From Octopus vulgaris (taxonomy: Eukaryota), in contig OX597834.1 in assembly GCA_951406725.2 (NCBI GenBank), forward strand, positions 26,412,001 to 26,476,000: a stretch of 64,000 nucleotides of DNA, in the 5' to 3' direction. The notes under the pieces are model-generated. The model saw only the letters and a list, made by a program, of their open reading frames with translations, searched no databases and had not been told where the DNA came from. Positions 1 through 12,815 of this stretch are shown here, piece after piece; positions within the stretch are counted from its first letter, which is position 1; each line of letters starts with the position of its first letter. The position numbers and the translations under genes were made by a program.

Positions 1-39
1 ATAAAGACAAATGACGTGGTTCGATTCAGAGTTTATGAG
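1..39 (+). CDS. PSMD5: PSMD5 coding exon (partial, runs off the window start), IKTNDVVRFRVYE
   Basis: Translation matches the recalled PSMD5 segment KTNDIVRYRVYE. GTGAGT donor at 40; phase 0 joins the exon at 5521. Confidence 0.85.
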
Positions 40-1094
40 GTGAGTTTCAACCTTGCGGCTGAGGACATTTTATTTAATTTTATTTTACTGTATTTTATCA
101 TCATCATTTAACATATATATAGGTATAGGTGTTATAGCATCGTAAGAAGTTCACTTCCCAACCACACGGTTCTGGGTCCAGTCTGAATGGTACCTGGTAC
201 AACTGTCTGCTGCTACAGCTTTGGGCTGAACAAGCCTTGTGGGTGCATGCGACTGAAGATTGCTCAACATTTTAAAACTGATGTAATACTTACAATGTTT
301 AATAAAATGATGGAGCATGAAACGATCGTACCAAATTACCGAAGATATTCTTGTTGCTTACTTTGATTATAATCACCCCATGGATTTATATATCGTCCGT
401 TTTCCGTCCTTGTGTTGTATACATTCGAGGCTTTCTTCCAAGGGATCTAATGCGCTTGGCTTAGATTTCCCTTGGGGGCTGCCCGGATCGGAGCAATCTC
501 AAGATTAATCAGCCGAAATTGCGAAGATGATCCGGTTCTTGACTGATGATTGAGGGCTTCGAATGTCCCGTCCTGTGTTTCTTGTGTCATCTTCTAGGTG
601 TTTCATGTTCTTGTCTCAGTTTGTATATATTTTTTTACTTTTACATATATATATATATATATATATATTTTAAAGAAAGCAAAAAATAAAACAAAAATTA
701 TAGTGTTCAGTATGCTGGCCACAGGAGTTTCTGTCCAGCAAAGTTGTACATCTCCCTCTTTCTCTCACATACCCACTCTCTCTCTCTCTCTCTCTATCTC
801 TCTCATTATTACTCCTATTGTCGTCATCAACACTACTTTTAATAAAACATCATCAGCTCTCCTAAATTTCTTTGTCTTTCTTTCTCTCCCTCTCTTCTTC
901 TTTCTCTCTTTCTGCCTTCGCCACCACCTTTACCGTCTCTATGCCTACTATTACTCTCACCCCAGCATGAGGAAGTGAGAGAGGGGGTCAAAGTGTGACA
1001 CTACAGCACACAAATTAGTTTTCACATTTATCATATTATATGTATATTTTACATATCTAGCCCAAGTGGTTTTATTTGTTTAGTTCCATCATTA

Positions 1095-1625
1095 TCTATC
1101 CAGCTGTCTACCTGCCCATTCATCTGTCCGTCCGTCCATCTATCTGTCCATCTATCGCTCCGTCTATCTGTCTGTCTATCAATTTGTCTGTCTATATGTC
1201 TGTCTGTCTATCTGCCTGTCTGTCTGGGTGTCTGTCTGCCTATCTGTCTGCCTGTCTGTCTGCCTATCTGTCTGCCTGTCTGTTTGTCCATCTGTCCGTC
1301 TGCCTGTCTGTCTATCTCTGTCTGTCCATCTGTCTATCTATATGTCTATCTGTCTATCTGCCTGTCTGTCTGTCTATCTGCCTGCCTGTCTCTCTGTCTG
1401 CCTGTCTGTCTGCCTGCCTGTCTCTCTGTCTGCCTATCTGTCTGCCTGTCTGTTTGTCCATCTGCCTGTCTGTTTGTCTATCTCTGTTTGTCTGTCCATC
1501 TGTCTATCTATATGTCTGTCTGCCTATCTGTCTGTCTGTCTGCCTGTCTGTTTGTCCATCTGTCCGTCTGCCTGTCTGTCTGTCTGTCTCTGTCTGTCTG
1601 TCCATATGTCTATCTATCTATCTGG
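1095..1625. repeat. Compound (TCTG)/(TCTA) microsatellite with internal longer duplications
   Basis: Seen directly; source of the CLSVCLS-type ORFs. Confidence 0.9.
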
Positions 1626-2020
1626 TATAAAATTTGTATTCATTATCAGTTCATTCATGTCTATGTAAAAGATGGCTGTCGTTATTTCACTGTTTGTACA
1701 GTTTGTTCCTGAATAATTAACTAAAATAATGCATTAACCAATTATTCATTTTTATTGTTTACTCTTCATATTTGAAACCCAGGCATCCCTAGCAACACAT
1801 ACATTCACTGTTCTTTGTTGATGGATTAATAATAATAATAATAATAATAATTCTTTCTACTGGAAGCACAAGGCCTCAATAATAATAATAATAATAATAA
1901 TAATATTGTTTCCATTTTGTAAATATTGCAGTTGTTGAAAGTAAAATGGATTATGTCATTTTTTCGGAGACTGGCAAATTCTGGGTAGTTTTTAAATTGA
2001 ATGATAATCAGGATGATGAT

Positions 2021-2022
<2 letters not shown>

Positions 2023-2051
<29 letters not shown>

Positions 2052-2343
2052 GTTTAACATCCGTTTTCCACGCTAGCATGGGTTGGACGGTTCAACTGGG
2101 GTCTGTGAAGCCAGAAGGCTGCATCAGGCCCGGTCTGATCTGGCAGTGTTTCTACAGCTGGATGCCCTTCCTAACGCCAACCACTCCGTGAGTGTAGTGG
2201 GTGCTTTTTACGTGCCACCTGCACAGGTGCCAGACGGAGCTGGCAAACGGCCACGGATGGATGGTGCTTTTTACGTGCCACCGGCACGGGGGCCAGGCGA
2301 GGCTGGCAACGGCCACGACCAGATGGTGCTTTTACGTGCCACC
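2023..2343 (-). mobile_element. 5'-truncated RTE-LINE 3' UTR copy ('family C') with (GAT)n tail
   Basis: Reverse complement of the LINE tail at 13540-13950. Other copies at about 6380-6610(-), 7903-8062(+), 8927-9243(-), 18700-19025(+), 24380-24627(-), 39445-39942(-), 43245-43503(-), 47590-47780(-), 52703-52950(-). Confidence 0.75.
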
Positions 2344-2891
2344 TTTCGGATAATAATAGTGATAAGGATGATAATTATGGTAATAATAATAGTGATGATG
2401 ATAATAATAGTAACAATAGTAATAATGATGATGATTTCAAATTGTAGGACAAGGCTAGTAATTTTTGGGGGCAGGAGGTGAGTTTATTGCATTAACCCCA
2501 GCACTTGACTGGTACTTTATTTTATCAACCCAGAAAGGATAGGGGGCAAAGTTAACTTTGGCAGAATTTGAACTTGGAATGTAAAGATCTCAAAGAAGTG
2601 CTGCTAAGCATTTTTTTGTCAATGCTTTGATGAAACCTGCTAGTTTGCAGCCTTAATAATAATATTAATAATATTAATAATAATCCTTTCTAATATAGGC
2701 ACAAGGTCTAGAATTTGTGGGGAGAGGATAAGTTGATCACATCAACCCCAGGACTTGACTGGTACTTAATTTATCGATCCTAAAAGGATGAAAGACTAAG
2801 TTGACATCAGTGGAATTTGAACTCAGAATGAAATGTTGCTAAGCATTTTGCCTGGTGTGCTAATGATTCTGCTAACTTGCTGCGTTAATAA

Positions 2892-3499
2892 TCATCATCA
2901 TCATCATCGTCGTTTAACGTCCGCCTTCCATGCTAGCATGGGTTGGACGATTTGACTGAGGGCTGGCGAACCAGATGGCTGCACCAGGCTCCAATCTTGG
3001 TCTGGCAGAGTTTCTACAGCTGGATGCCCTTCCTAATGCCAACCACTCTGTGAGTGTAGTGGGTGCTTTTACGTACCACTGGCATGGGGGTGCCAGTCAG
3101 CCGGTACTGGCAACGACCTCGCTTGAATATTTTTACACATGCCACTGGCATAGGTGCCAGTAAAGCGATGCTGGTAACGATCACACTCGAATGGTGCCTT
3201 TTACATGCCACCGGCATGGAAGCCAGTTAGCCGCTCTGGCAGCGATCATGCTCAGATGGTGCTCTTGGCACCCTACTAGCACGGGGCTCAAGTGACAGTA
3301 AGGCGACACTGGTAACGATTACACTCGAATGGTGCCTTTTATGTGCCACTGGCACGGAAACCGGTTAGCCACTCTGTCAACGATCACGCTCATATGGTGC
3401 TCTTTGCACCCTGCTAGCACGGATGCCAGTCATCGAATTTGATTTTGATTTGGATTTGAATTTCACTTGCCTCAACAGATCTTCGCAAGCAGAGTTTAA
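2892..3499 (-). mobile_element. Longer RTE-LINE 3' UTR copy with internal tandem units
   Basis: Extends to ttcacttgcctcaacagatcttcgcaagcagagtttaa, the reverse complement of about 13468-13510. Confidence 0.75.
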
Positions 3500-3716
3500 C
3501 CCCTTAGTGTTTAAACTGGCCATATCAGGCCAAAATTGTCTTCCTGTTTTATGCTCAAACCAGCCAGCTCTGACCTCTCACACCTACCCTACAAAGTCAT
3601 TCTAAAAATAAACAGGGTCATCATCAAAATCTCAGTTACAAGATGCTGTACAATTAATCTAAACAATGTAATTAAATAGGCTTTACATTTGACAGGGTAA
3701 TCTGAATGCTAAAGGG
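3500..3716. mobile_element. piggyBac-like MITE (TTAA target site, CCC..GGG termini)
   Basis: TTAA|ccccttag ... ctaaaggg|TTAA. Related copies in the opposite orientation at about 12165-12378 and 20815-21036. Confidence 0.7.
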
Positions 3717-3746
3717 TTAATGTCCACAGGTCTTCGCAAGCAGAGT

Positions 3747-3779
<33 letters not shown>

Positions 3780-4575
3780 TTTCAAGTTTTGGCACAAGGC
3801 CAGCAATTTCAAGGGAGTGGTTAAGTTGATTCCATCTATTCCATTGTTCAACTAGTACTTATTTTATTGAATCCCAAAAAACACAAAAGGCAAAGTTAAC
3901 CTCGGTGGAAACACCGATGAAAATTCTAATTTGGCTTCACCTGTAAAGTCATGTGCTGTTTATCTTGATATGAGGTCACCATGTCACACAAACATAGCTG
4001 TGATGCAATGGTGCAAGGTTTATTCTTATCAGATGAGTAGTCATGATGGGTGTATGGGGCTGCGTATATTTGTACCCCATGCCACTTTGATGGTGTGTGC
4101 TGCTCTCTCACAATAATAATAGTAACGACTATAATGATGATCATGATAATTTCAATATATTTTCTGCCATTGTGGAGTCTGTAAACTAGGCCACGGCAAC
4201 ACTCCTATAATGAACGTCTATAATTAAAGGATTGTTATATTTTTATTACCTTTAATACAAAGACTTGATTGAGAGACTGATTGCAGGGTAGAAGACTATA
4301 TTATTTGTGGGTGTGGGTGTGTATGTTGGATAAAACTTATGATTACTATCAAACAAAGGTGTCTTTATGTGGTCGCTTAACTTGCTAGAGAGAACAGCTA
4401 AATCTCTCTTGAATGATGACCTTGTATCTGAAATAAGTAAAGATGATATGATAATGTAGTTCAGTGGTTCTTAGATTTTTGTAGTTTAGCACCATGTGTT
4501 ACCAAATTGGTCCTTTACAAACACAAACACCTGCACAAAGACTCACCTGAGGTACACGGGTATTACAGATTATAG

Positions 4576-4806
4576 GGCGGCGAGCTGGCAGAAACGTTAG
4601 CACGCTGGGCGAAATGCGTAGCCGTATTTCGTCTGTCGTTACGTTGTGAGTTCAAATTCCGCCGAGGTCTACTTTGCCTTTCATCCTTTCGGGGTCGATA
4701 AATTAAGTACCAGTTACGCACTGGAGTCGATGTAATCGACTTAATACCTATGTCTGTCCTAGTTTGTCCCCTCTGTGTTTAGCCCCTTGTGGGTAATAAA
4801 GAAATA
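4576..4806 (+). mobile_element. tRNA-derived SINE 'family B', full length with TSD
   Basis: Head GGCGGCGAGCTGGCAGAAACGTTAG with B box GAGTTCAAATTCC; central GCCTTTCATCCTTTCGGGGTCGATAAATTAAGTACC; 14-bp TSD ggtattacagatta at 4559-4572 and 4807-4820. Other copies at about 17319-17551, 19570-19800, 20142-20526, 22268-22501(-), 41162-41385(-), 45423-45589(-), 45748-45970(-), 58317-58500. Confidence 0.85.
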
Positions 4807-5520
4807 GGTATTACAGATTAGGCTGTAATCATCCCATGAACGCAGACTATGGTCACTAAAAACATGTGATTTGTGGAAACCCGCATAGTGATACATTAAA
4901 ATATTCATGAATGAGAGTAGAGAGGCAAGTTTTGTCTAGCGAATGTTTCAAAAGAAGATGGGTGAATGTAGCAAGGATGCTACATATGAATGACGAAGCC
5001 ACCTTGAGCATAATCCTATGAACCCGGAAAAATTTAAAACAGAGTTACTTACTTGCAAATAAATGTGTTAACATGTGACATTATTGACCGAGGTTACCAT
5101 GGTCTTTTCCGTAGGCTTTTCTTTCCTCAGATAAACCTTATCTGCTTCCCCCTTTACACTTTATATCATGACATTTCTGTCATACACGATCCCTATTGAT
5201 CGTTTTTTTTTTCTTTCCTTTTTATGATCCCTTTTGATTGAAAACCTACCCCACTTTTTTTTTTTCTCCCCAAAAGGAAAAGCTCTACTTTGTAATTTGT
5301 CCTGTCTGTGTTCAGCCCTGTGTTATATCAGCACAGCTTGGTATGATCTCATAAAACTGCTTTTGCAGATGGAATCCAACTAAAAAAAGTTTACTGTAAA
5401 TGAACTTAAAGGATATATATGTATATGTACACACATGTATATGTCTATACATACATACACACACACACACACACTGAGTCTTATCTAATTACTAATATAT
5501 TCATCCAAATTGTTTTCTAG

Positions 5521-5779
5521 TTGCTCGTTAATATTGGCAATTCATCAGCCCGAAATTTGTCATTGGTGATTGGATCTGGTCTGTTGGAAAATCTTCTTAA
5601 CGAACTCTATGGTGATAGTGCGGATGTACTGGCAAAGATGAACTGCGTAGAACTACTAACAAACTTGACCACAAGTGACCATGGATTTACTTGGCTGACC
5701 GAACACAAAGTCCTTGATTGTCTCGAGACTCTCTTGATTAAAGCTGACTCGGATGTTTTACTTGAACTCTTGCAGCCAG
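5521..5779 (+). CDS. PSMD5: PSMD5 coding exon (LLVNIGNSS...DSDVLLELLQPG)
   Basis: Acceptor ttgttttctAG at 5519-5520, GT donor at 5780 (phase 1). Aligns with recalled PSMD5 SGLVTQLLREL..DVLVRATCIEMVTSL..HG..ADSDP..LPG. Confidence 0.9.
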
Positions 5780-6677
5780 GTTAGGCATCATTTAAATATT
5801 GTCAATGAGATTTTTCTATGTTCTTCAACATCTGTCTATTATGCACAGGCGTGGCTGTGTAGTAAGGAGTTTTGCTTCCCAACCATATGGTTCTGGGTTC
5901 ATTCCCACTGCATGGCACCTTAGGCAAGTGTCTTCTACTAGTGCCGCAGGCCGACCAAAACCTTGTGAGTGGCTTTGGTAGATGGAAATTGAAAGAAGCC
6001 TGTCATAACCAGCACTGGGATGAGAGATGTGTATTCTATATTCTTTGTGTCAAAAATCTTAAATGTTAAATTTTATTTTAATTTTAATTCATCTGAAGAA
6101 AACAGTTTGTTTACAAGATGTAATTGATTTGGTCATCAATAAAAAAAACATGCCTGAAACAGCTGTAGTGAACCTCAGCCCATTTGTGTTATTATTTACA
6201 TGCTTGATATATATATATGTGTGTGTGTGTGTGTCTTTCTCTTTGTGTTTGCCTCCCACCACCACTTGAGAACCAGTGTTGTTGTGTTTATGTCCCCGTA
6301 ACTTATTAGTTTGGCAAAAGAGACCGAAAGTTTAAGTACTAGACTTAAAAATAGAATCGATAGGTACCAGGGTCAATTATCATCATTTAATGTCTGTTTT
6401 CCATGCTGGCATGGGTTGAATGGTTTCACTGAAGTCTGGAGAGCCAGCGACTGCACCAGGCTCTAATCTGATCTGGCCAGGTTTCTACAGCTGGATGCCC
6501 TTCCTAATGCCAACCACTCCGAGAGAGTAGTGGGTGCTTTTTACGTGCCACTGACACAGGAGCCAGTCAGGCAGGCCTGACATCAATCCTGTTCAGAAAG
6601 TGCTTTTTACATTTTCCTAATTTCTCCATTATTTTCAAAATTAACCAAAACAAAAGCCATGTGTTTCAACAGATATA

Positions 6678-6887
6678 TACTCTTTTTACTCTTTTACTTG
6701 TTTCAATCATTTGACTGCGGCCATGCCGGAGCACCGCCTTTCGTCGAGCAAATCGACCCCGGGACTTATTCTTTGTAAGCCCAGTACTTATTCTATTGAT
6801 CTCTTTTGCAGAAGCGCTAAGTGACGGGGACGTAAACACACCAGCATCGGTTGTCAAGCAATGCTAGGGGGACAAACACACACACAT

Positions 6888-6949
<62 letters not shown>

Positions 6950-7116
6950 CTATGACAGGGTTCTTTCAGTTTCCGTCTACCAAATCCACTCACAAGGCAT
7001 TGGTCGGCCCGGGGCTATGGCAGAAGACACCTGCCCAAGATGCCACGCAGTGGGACTGAACCCGGAACCATGTAGTTGGTTAGCAAGCTACTTACCACAC
7101 AGCCACTCCTGCGCCT
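6678..7116 (-). mobile_element. tRNA-derived SINE 'family A' with internal (TA)n/(TG)n tract
   Basis: Head GGCGCAGGAGTGGCTGTGTGG (A box) ... GGTTCAGTCCC (B box); (AGTAAAAG)n tail. Other minus copies at about 9453-9870, 15603-16004, 17086-17628, 18050-18437, 29328-29730, 30043-30455, 47788-48194, 49022-49430, 53503-53918, 54789-55207, 55226-55620, 56473-56865, 60840-61256, 62120-62494. Confidence 0.85.
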
Positions 7117-8079
7117 ATGATAATGAAAGGGTTAAAAGTCAGCACTGTTGTGAAATACCTGTGTGTGAAGATGATTAATAATGCAAATTACACTAAGGGT
7201 ATTAAAGAGGATTCCATTACTTCAACTAAAATTCCTCAAGACGGTGCCCCAGCATGGCCACAGTCTAATGACTGAAACAAGTAAAAGATAAAAGATCTGT
7301 CATTATTTCATTATATAAGTATCATAATCATCATCATCATTTAACACCTGTTTTCCATGCTGGCATGGGTTGGACAGTTTGGCCAGAACTAGCAGCCAAA
7401 GAACTGCACCAGGTCTAATTTGGCTTGGTTCCTTTAGCTGGATGCTCTTCTTAATGCTAATCACTTTACAGTGTATATACTCTTTTACTCTTTTAGTTCC
7501 TACATGTGTTTCAACATTGTGGTTGTTTGGAACTTTGTGTTAGATGTTTAACCAGAATGGTTCATCAGGGAAACACTTTGTTGCATTACGTTAGAGAACC
7601 AGTTTCAAGAGTTGGGTAGAACTGAAGGCATTTTATAAGTATTTTGAGAGGGAAGTGGAAAGAAAGCAATTGGCAGAGAAAGATAAAGAGGGACTAAGAA
7701 ACCAGAGAAAGGGGGAGAGGGAAAAGACAAAATAGAGAATAAAGAGAGAAAAAAAAGAGAGAGAGAGAGAGAGAAAATTATAACTAGTAATACTAGTTAG
7801 TGGTCAGCTTAACCAGGTTAGTGGAATCTGACTGGATGATGGTAATCTCTGTAGGGCTGTAAACTTAACAGCAGCAGTCATACATTTTTTGTATACACAA
7901 GATACACTCATGGAGTGGTTGGCGTTAGGAAGGGCATCCAGCTGTAGAAACATTGCCAGATAAGACCGGAGCCTGGTGCAGCCTTCTGGCTTCCCAGATC
8001 CCTGGTCGAACCGTCCAACCCATGCTAGCATGGAAAACGGACGTTAAACGATGATGATGATGAAGATACATTAATTAAA

Positions 8080-8110
<31 letters not shown>

Positions 8111-8379
8111 TTAATAATGGTTTCAAATTTTGGCACAAGGCCAGCAATTTCAGGGGAAGGGGAAGTCCATTACATTGACCCCCAGTGCTCAACTGGTACT
8201 TATTTCATCGACCCTGAAAGGATGAAAGGCAAAGTTGACCTTGGCGAAATTTGAACTCAGAATGTAAAGATCGACAAAATGCCACCGAGCATTTGGTCCA
8301 GCCTGCTAATGGTTCTGCCTTAATAATACTACTATTAATAATAACAATAATAATAATGATAATAATAATAATAATATTT

Positions 8380-8820
8380 TGCTCAATACCACAGATTTGC
8401 TTGTCAGTTGTTTGACTTTAACCAGTTGACCATGTCCCTTAGTGGCTGACGATATGTGCATCTCTGATCACGAGCAGAAATAGTGGGGAGCATCATAGCT
8501 GTGTGTTGAAAGGAATTCTTGGAGGTTTGGATAATTCACCTTTGGAAACATGGGTGGTTCATTCAACATCCTTAAATAACCCTTATTCAGGGACCTTTTG
8601 AGCAGGATGGGTTACTCAACCAGAAGAAAATTCTAACTGGGCCCCACCTGCAAGGTCATGTGCTGTTTATCTTGATATGAGATCACCCATGTTGTGCACA
8701 TATGGTTGTGATGCATGTGCCTAGTGTACCCCTATCAGACGGGTAGTCATGATGGGTATACTGGGCTTCGTATATTTTACTCCAGTGTCACTTTGATGGC
8801 ATGCACTGCTCTCTCACTCA
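8380..8820. mobile_element. Unclassified interspersed repeat
   Basis: Homologous pieces at about 3930-4110 (same orientation) and at 44490-44610 plus 45037-45125 (inverted, split by SINE B copies). Confidence 0.55.
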
Positions 8821-9650
8821 ATAATAATAATAATAAAGATAATAATCCTTTCTACTCATAACTGATGGATGAAATACTGCTAAGTATTTTGCCCAGCATG
8901 CTAAGGATTCTGCCAGCTTGCTGTTTTCATCATCATCATCATCATCGTTTAACGTCCGCTTTCCATGCTAGCATGGGTTGGACGGTTCAACTGGGGTCTG
9001 AGAAGCCAGAAGGCTGCACCAGGCCCAGTTTGATCTGGCAATGTTTCTACGACTGGATGCCCTTCCTAACGCCAACCACTCCATGAGTGTAGTGGGTGCT
9101 TTTTACGTGCCACCTGCACAGGTGCCAGGCGAGGCTGGCAACAACCACGAATGGATGGTGCTTTTTACGTGCCACCGGCATGAGGCCAGTCAGGGTGGCG
9201 CTGGCAACGGCCACGAACGGATGGTGCTTTTTACATGCCACCAATAATCCTTTCTACAAAAGGCACAAGGCCTGAAATTTTGGGGGAAGGGACTTGTTGA
9301 TTACATCAACCCCAGTGTTCAAGTGGTGTTTATTTTATTGCCCTTAAAAAAGGATGAAAGGCAAAATTGACCTCGGCGGAATTTGAACTCAGAGTGTAGA
9401 ATACGAATAATAATATCAGTTTTACAGTATTCTATAAACCATCTGAAATAGTTACTCTTTTACTTGTTTCAGTCATTTGACTGCAGCCATGCTGGAGCAC
9501 CGCCTTTAGTCGAGCAAATCGACCTCGGGACTTATTCTTTGTAAGCCCAGTACTTATTCTATCGGTCTCTTTTGCCGACCCGCTAAGTGACGGGGACGTA
9601 AACACACCAGCATCGGTTGACTAGCAATGCTAGGGGACAAACACAGACAT

Positions 9651-9705
<55 letters not shown>

Positions 9706-10651
9706 TACGACAGGCTTCTTTCAGTTTCCGTCTACCAAATCCACTCACAAGGCATTGGTTGGCCCGGGGCTATAGCAGAAGACACTTGCCCAAGATGCCA
9801 CGCAGTGGGACTGAACTCTGAACCATGTGGTTAGTTAGCAAGCTACTTACCACACAGCCACTTTTGCGCCTAGTTGTGCAAGTAGGTTTTCGGTTGTCTC
9901 TCTATATAATTCCATTAATTTCTCGGTTTTAAACCAAAGTCTCCTTTTTGTGGGCTGATGACAAAATGAAAGTCTTTTACTCAAATTTTCTGTCTTCTGT
10001 TATTATCGTTTCTAATGATGGCAATTTCTTTGTCACTTGCTTATTTGAACATTTAAACTGTATTTTCTCTCTCTCTGTTGTTGTTGCTTTTATTTAATGT
10101 TTTTCTTTTTTCCTTTTCAAATTACATAGCACCTCCCCTACCACCACCACCACCACCACCTTGTTTTGTATTGCTGGTTATTGACATTTAGTTATGTGGC
10201 TTTAAACGATTGCATGTTGCTGCTGTCATTACTGTATGGAATCTGTGTCATGCTTCTCTACTGTTCATCCATTCCCTAGCTGATGTGAACTGATGTGCTC
10301 ATCATCACTGTCATTGCTTTTGACGTCCACTTTTCTGTGTCTGCATGGGTTAGATGGAATTTGCTGAGGTGGATTTCGTATGGCTGCGTCTCATGACCAG
10401 ACGTGTTATCCAGGAAGATTGGAAGCAATGGACACTGCTTGCATGACAGTGACACTTCTACATCGCACTACAGCTGAGGTACCTGCTGACTCTACCCCCA
10501 CGCCCCCTCCCAGGAATAGTGACTGGAGAAATTGGTTGGTTGGTTGGTCAGTTGGTTTTATTTACATGAATGTAAACAAACCAACACTGGTTGTCAAGTG
10601 GTGGTGGGAGGAAATGAACTATACACACACGTATATGTATGTGTGTGTATG

Positions 10652-10732
<81 letters not shown>

Positions 10733-11020
10733 GACTAACTTCCATGTTCCATACAGTTTCTGTCTACCAAATTCATTCACAAGGTTTTGGTTGTCCCGGG
10801 GCTATAGTAAGAGATACTTGCTCAAGGTGCCACGCAGTGGGACTGAACCTGAAACCCTTTGGGTTACAAATCAAGCTTCTGAACCACATACCTTTACCTT
10901 ATTATTTTCCCCATGAAACTGTTTTACCTCCATCACTCTTGTCGAAATTTTCAATAATTTAGCATCGTTTGTTTTTAAAAATATATATTTTGTTCTGTTC
11001 TGTCCTGTCTTTTTGAAAAG

Positions 11021-11154
11021 ACCTTTTTTATTTTAATTTTTTCTTGTAGGACTGATTACCTTTTTTCTTTTTTATTTTAATTTTTTCTTGTAGGACTGAT
11101 TACCTTTTTTCTTTTTTATTTTAATTTTTTCTTGTAGGACTGATTACCTTTTTT
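11021..11154 (+). repeat. 44-bp tandem triplication of the PSMD5 intron/exon boundary
   Basis: ttttttattttaattttttcttgtAG|GACTGATTACCTTTTTT occurs three times; AGs end at 11049, 11093 and 11137. Confidence 0.9.
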
Positions 11155-11326
11155 GGCAGTGTAGCACGACATCGACCCAATGAAATCTGCTCTAAGTACC
11201 AGCACTTCTTGTCTAAAGTTCTGTCTAGTTTGAATTCTTCAGACATGACATTAAGAACCATTGGCATTGAGACTATTGCACAAATTGCTATCACTAAAAA
11301 TGGGAAGCTGATTCTAAAGAAATACG
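11138..11326 (+). CDS. PSMD5: PSMD5 coding exon (GLITFFGSVARHRPNEICSKYQHF...GKLILKKYG)
   Basis: Third of three tandem acceptors (AG 11136-11137), GTAAAA donor at 11327, 189 nt, phase 1-1. Resembles PSMD5 GFVKFFGNLA..PQQICERYP..GKQVLQKTG. Not in the ORF track. Confidence 0.88.
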
Positions 11327-12164
11327 GTAAAAATTGATTTAATTATCATCCCCTTTGTCATTTTCATTATCATCATCACTACCATCATCACCATAATTTT
11401 ATGCTTGGTTTTTATGTTGGTTTGGGTTAGACAGGTTGTCTGTCCTTATCAGTTATTTGTAAGTATTGCTCTTCTTGACTGGTCAAGGGACCACATCTCA
11501 CTTGTTTCCTTCCCTTTTGGCATGCTTCTACAGCTGGATGCCCTTCCAGTCACCAACCACTCCACAGTGTACTGGGTACATTTCCTCATGGCACCAGCAC
11601 TAGAGAAGTTGTCACGTTCTCAATAAGACTGACGGGTTTCCTTGATCCTGTGTTGTCTCCACTTCATCACTAACCCCTTTACAGAAAGTTTTTTTCCTTG
11701 AGCTCCTAGGACTCATAATGCAGGTTACTCAGTTCTCTAACCCTAACCCTAACCGAGCCCTCACAACTGCCTCCAACATCGAGTCCAGACTACCATTGGT
11801 AGCACTGAGCCCATACAACCGGCAGTGGTAGTTAACCAATTCTACTACAGGTAGTACCTAGTCCACCACTACCAAGCCCAGGCTATCACTAGCACCAAGT
11901 TCACAAGACCACTGACACTTCAGAGTTCAAACTGTGATTGGCACTACCAGTAGCTGTGAAGGGAGCCAGAAGATTATATTTACTTACATCAGTCAGTTAA
12001 CAGTTCCACAATCTTGGAATATTGGTAAACAACCAGTAGTATGGTCTTGGTGCTGCTGGTTGTGGCACTAAGCCCTCACTGGTTTAATTGGATTATCAAA
12101 ACTCATTAATAATAACATTTTTATCATTTTTATTTACTTTTCATATTTCATTATTTATTTTTAA

Positions 12165-12378
12165 ACCTTCACTATTTACATTATTCTGTCAAATGTAACA
12201 CTTACTCATATTTTGTATTAATCCTGCTTTATCTTATAGCTTTGAGATTTTGATGATGTATCTGTTTATTTTTAGAAGGACATTGTAGGGTACACGGGAG
12301 AGACCTGATCTGGCTAGTTTGAACATAAAACAAGTAGAATATTTAGGCTGGATATGATCGATTTAAATGCTAAAAGGG
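12165..12378. mobile_element. Degenerate piggyBac-like MITE just upstream of the PSMD5 exon at 12427
   Basis: Colinear with 20815-21036; ends gctaaaaggg|TTAA. Confidence 0.6.
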
Positions 12379-12426
12379 TTAAATTTGTCCCAGATCATTC
12401 CATGTATTTCTGTTTCAATTTTTCAG

Positions 12427-12536
12427 GCTCAAAGATGGATGAAGCTATGAAGAATGTTGGTCAGACAATTCAGAATTGTCCTGAAGATGTGAAAGTCCGA
12501 GCACTTTCTGCATTCGCGTCAATACTCCAGCTGACG
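12427..12536 (+). CDS. PSMD5: PSMD5 coding exon (GSKMDEAMKNVGQTIQNCPEDVKVRALSAFASILQLT)
   Basis: tttcAG acceptor at 12425-12426, GT donor at 12537, phase 1-0. Resembles PSMD5 [24 protein letters not shown]. Confidence 0.88.
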
Positions 12537-12815
12537 GTACTGTCTATTTGTTCTACACCATTTCACTTCCTACCATATCCTATAAATTAATATTCAGATA
12601 AGGGGGTTTCGCTCACAGTGGAATACAACTTTTGGTTAATCTTTTTCTTTTAGAATAAGGAAATTTGGGGTGATTCAAATACAGCTGCAGTAATAGCAGT
12701 AGTAGCAAAGGTTATTATTATTAATATTTCTATTAAGGTGGTGAGTTGGCAGAGCCATTAATATGCTGGGCAAAATGCTTGGCAGCATTTTGTCCATTTT
12801 TACGTTCTGAGTCCA

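Noticed and set aside
300-625. CTGATGA..CGAA at 543-563 as another hammerhead, and the 63-aa ORF at 317
   Set aside because: No GAAA core or consistent stems. Probably an unclassified repeat in the PSMD5 intron.
11737-11754. (CCCTAA)3 telomeric-type repeat
   Set aside because: Only about three units; too short to call an interstitial telomere.
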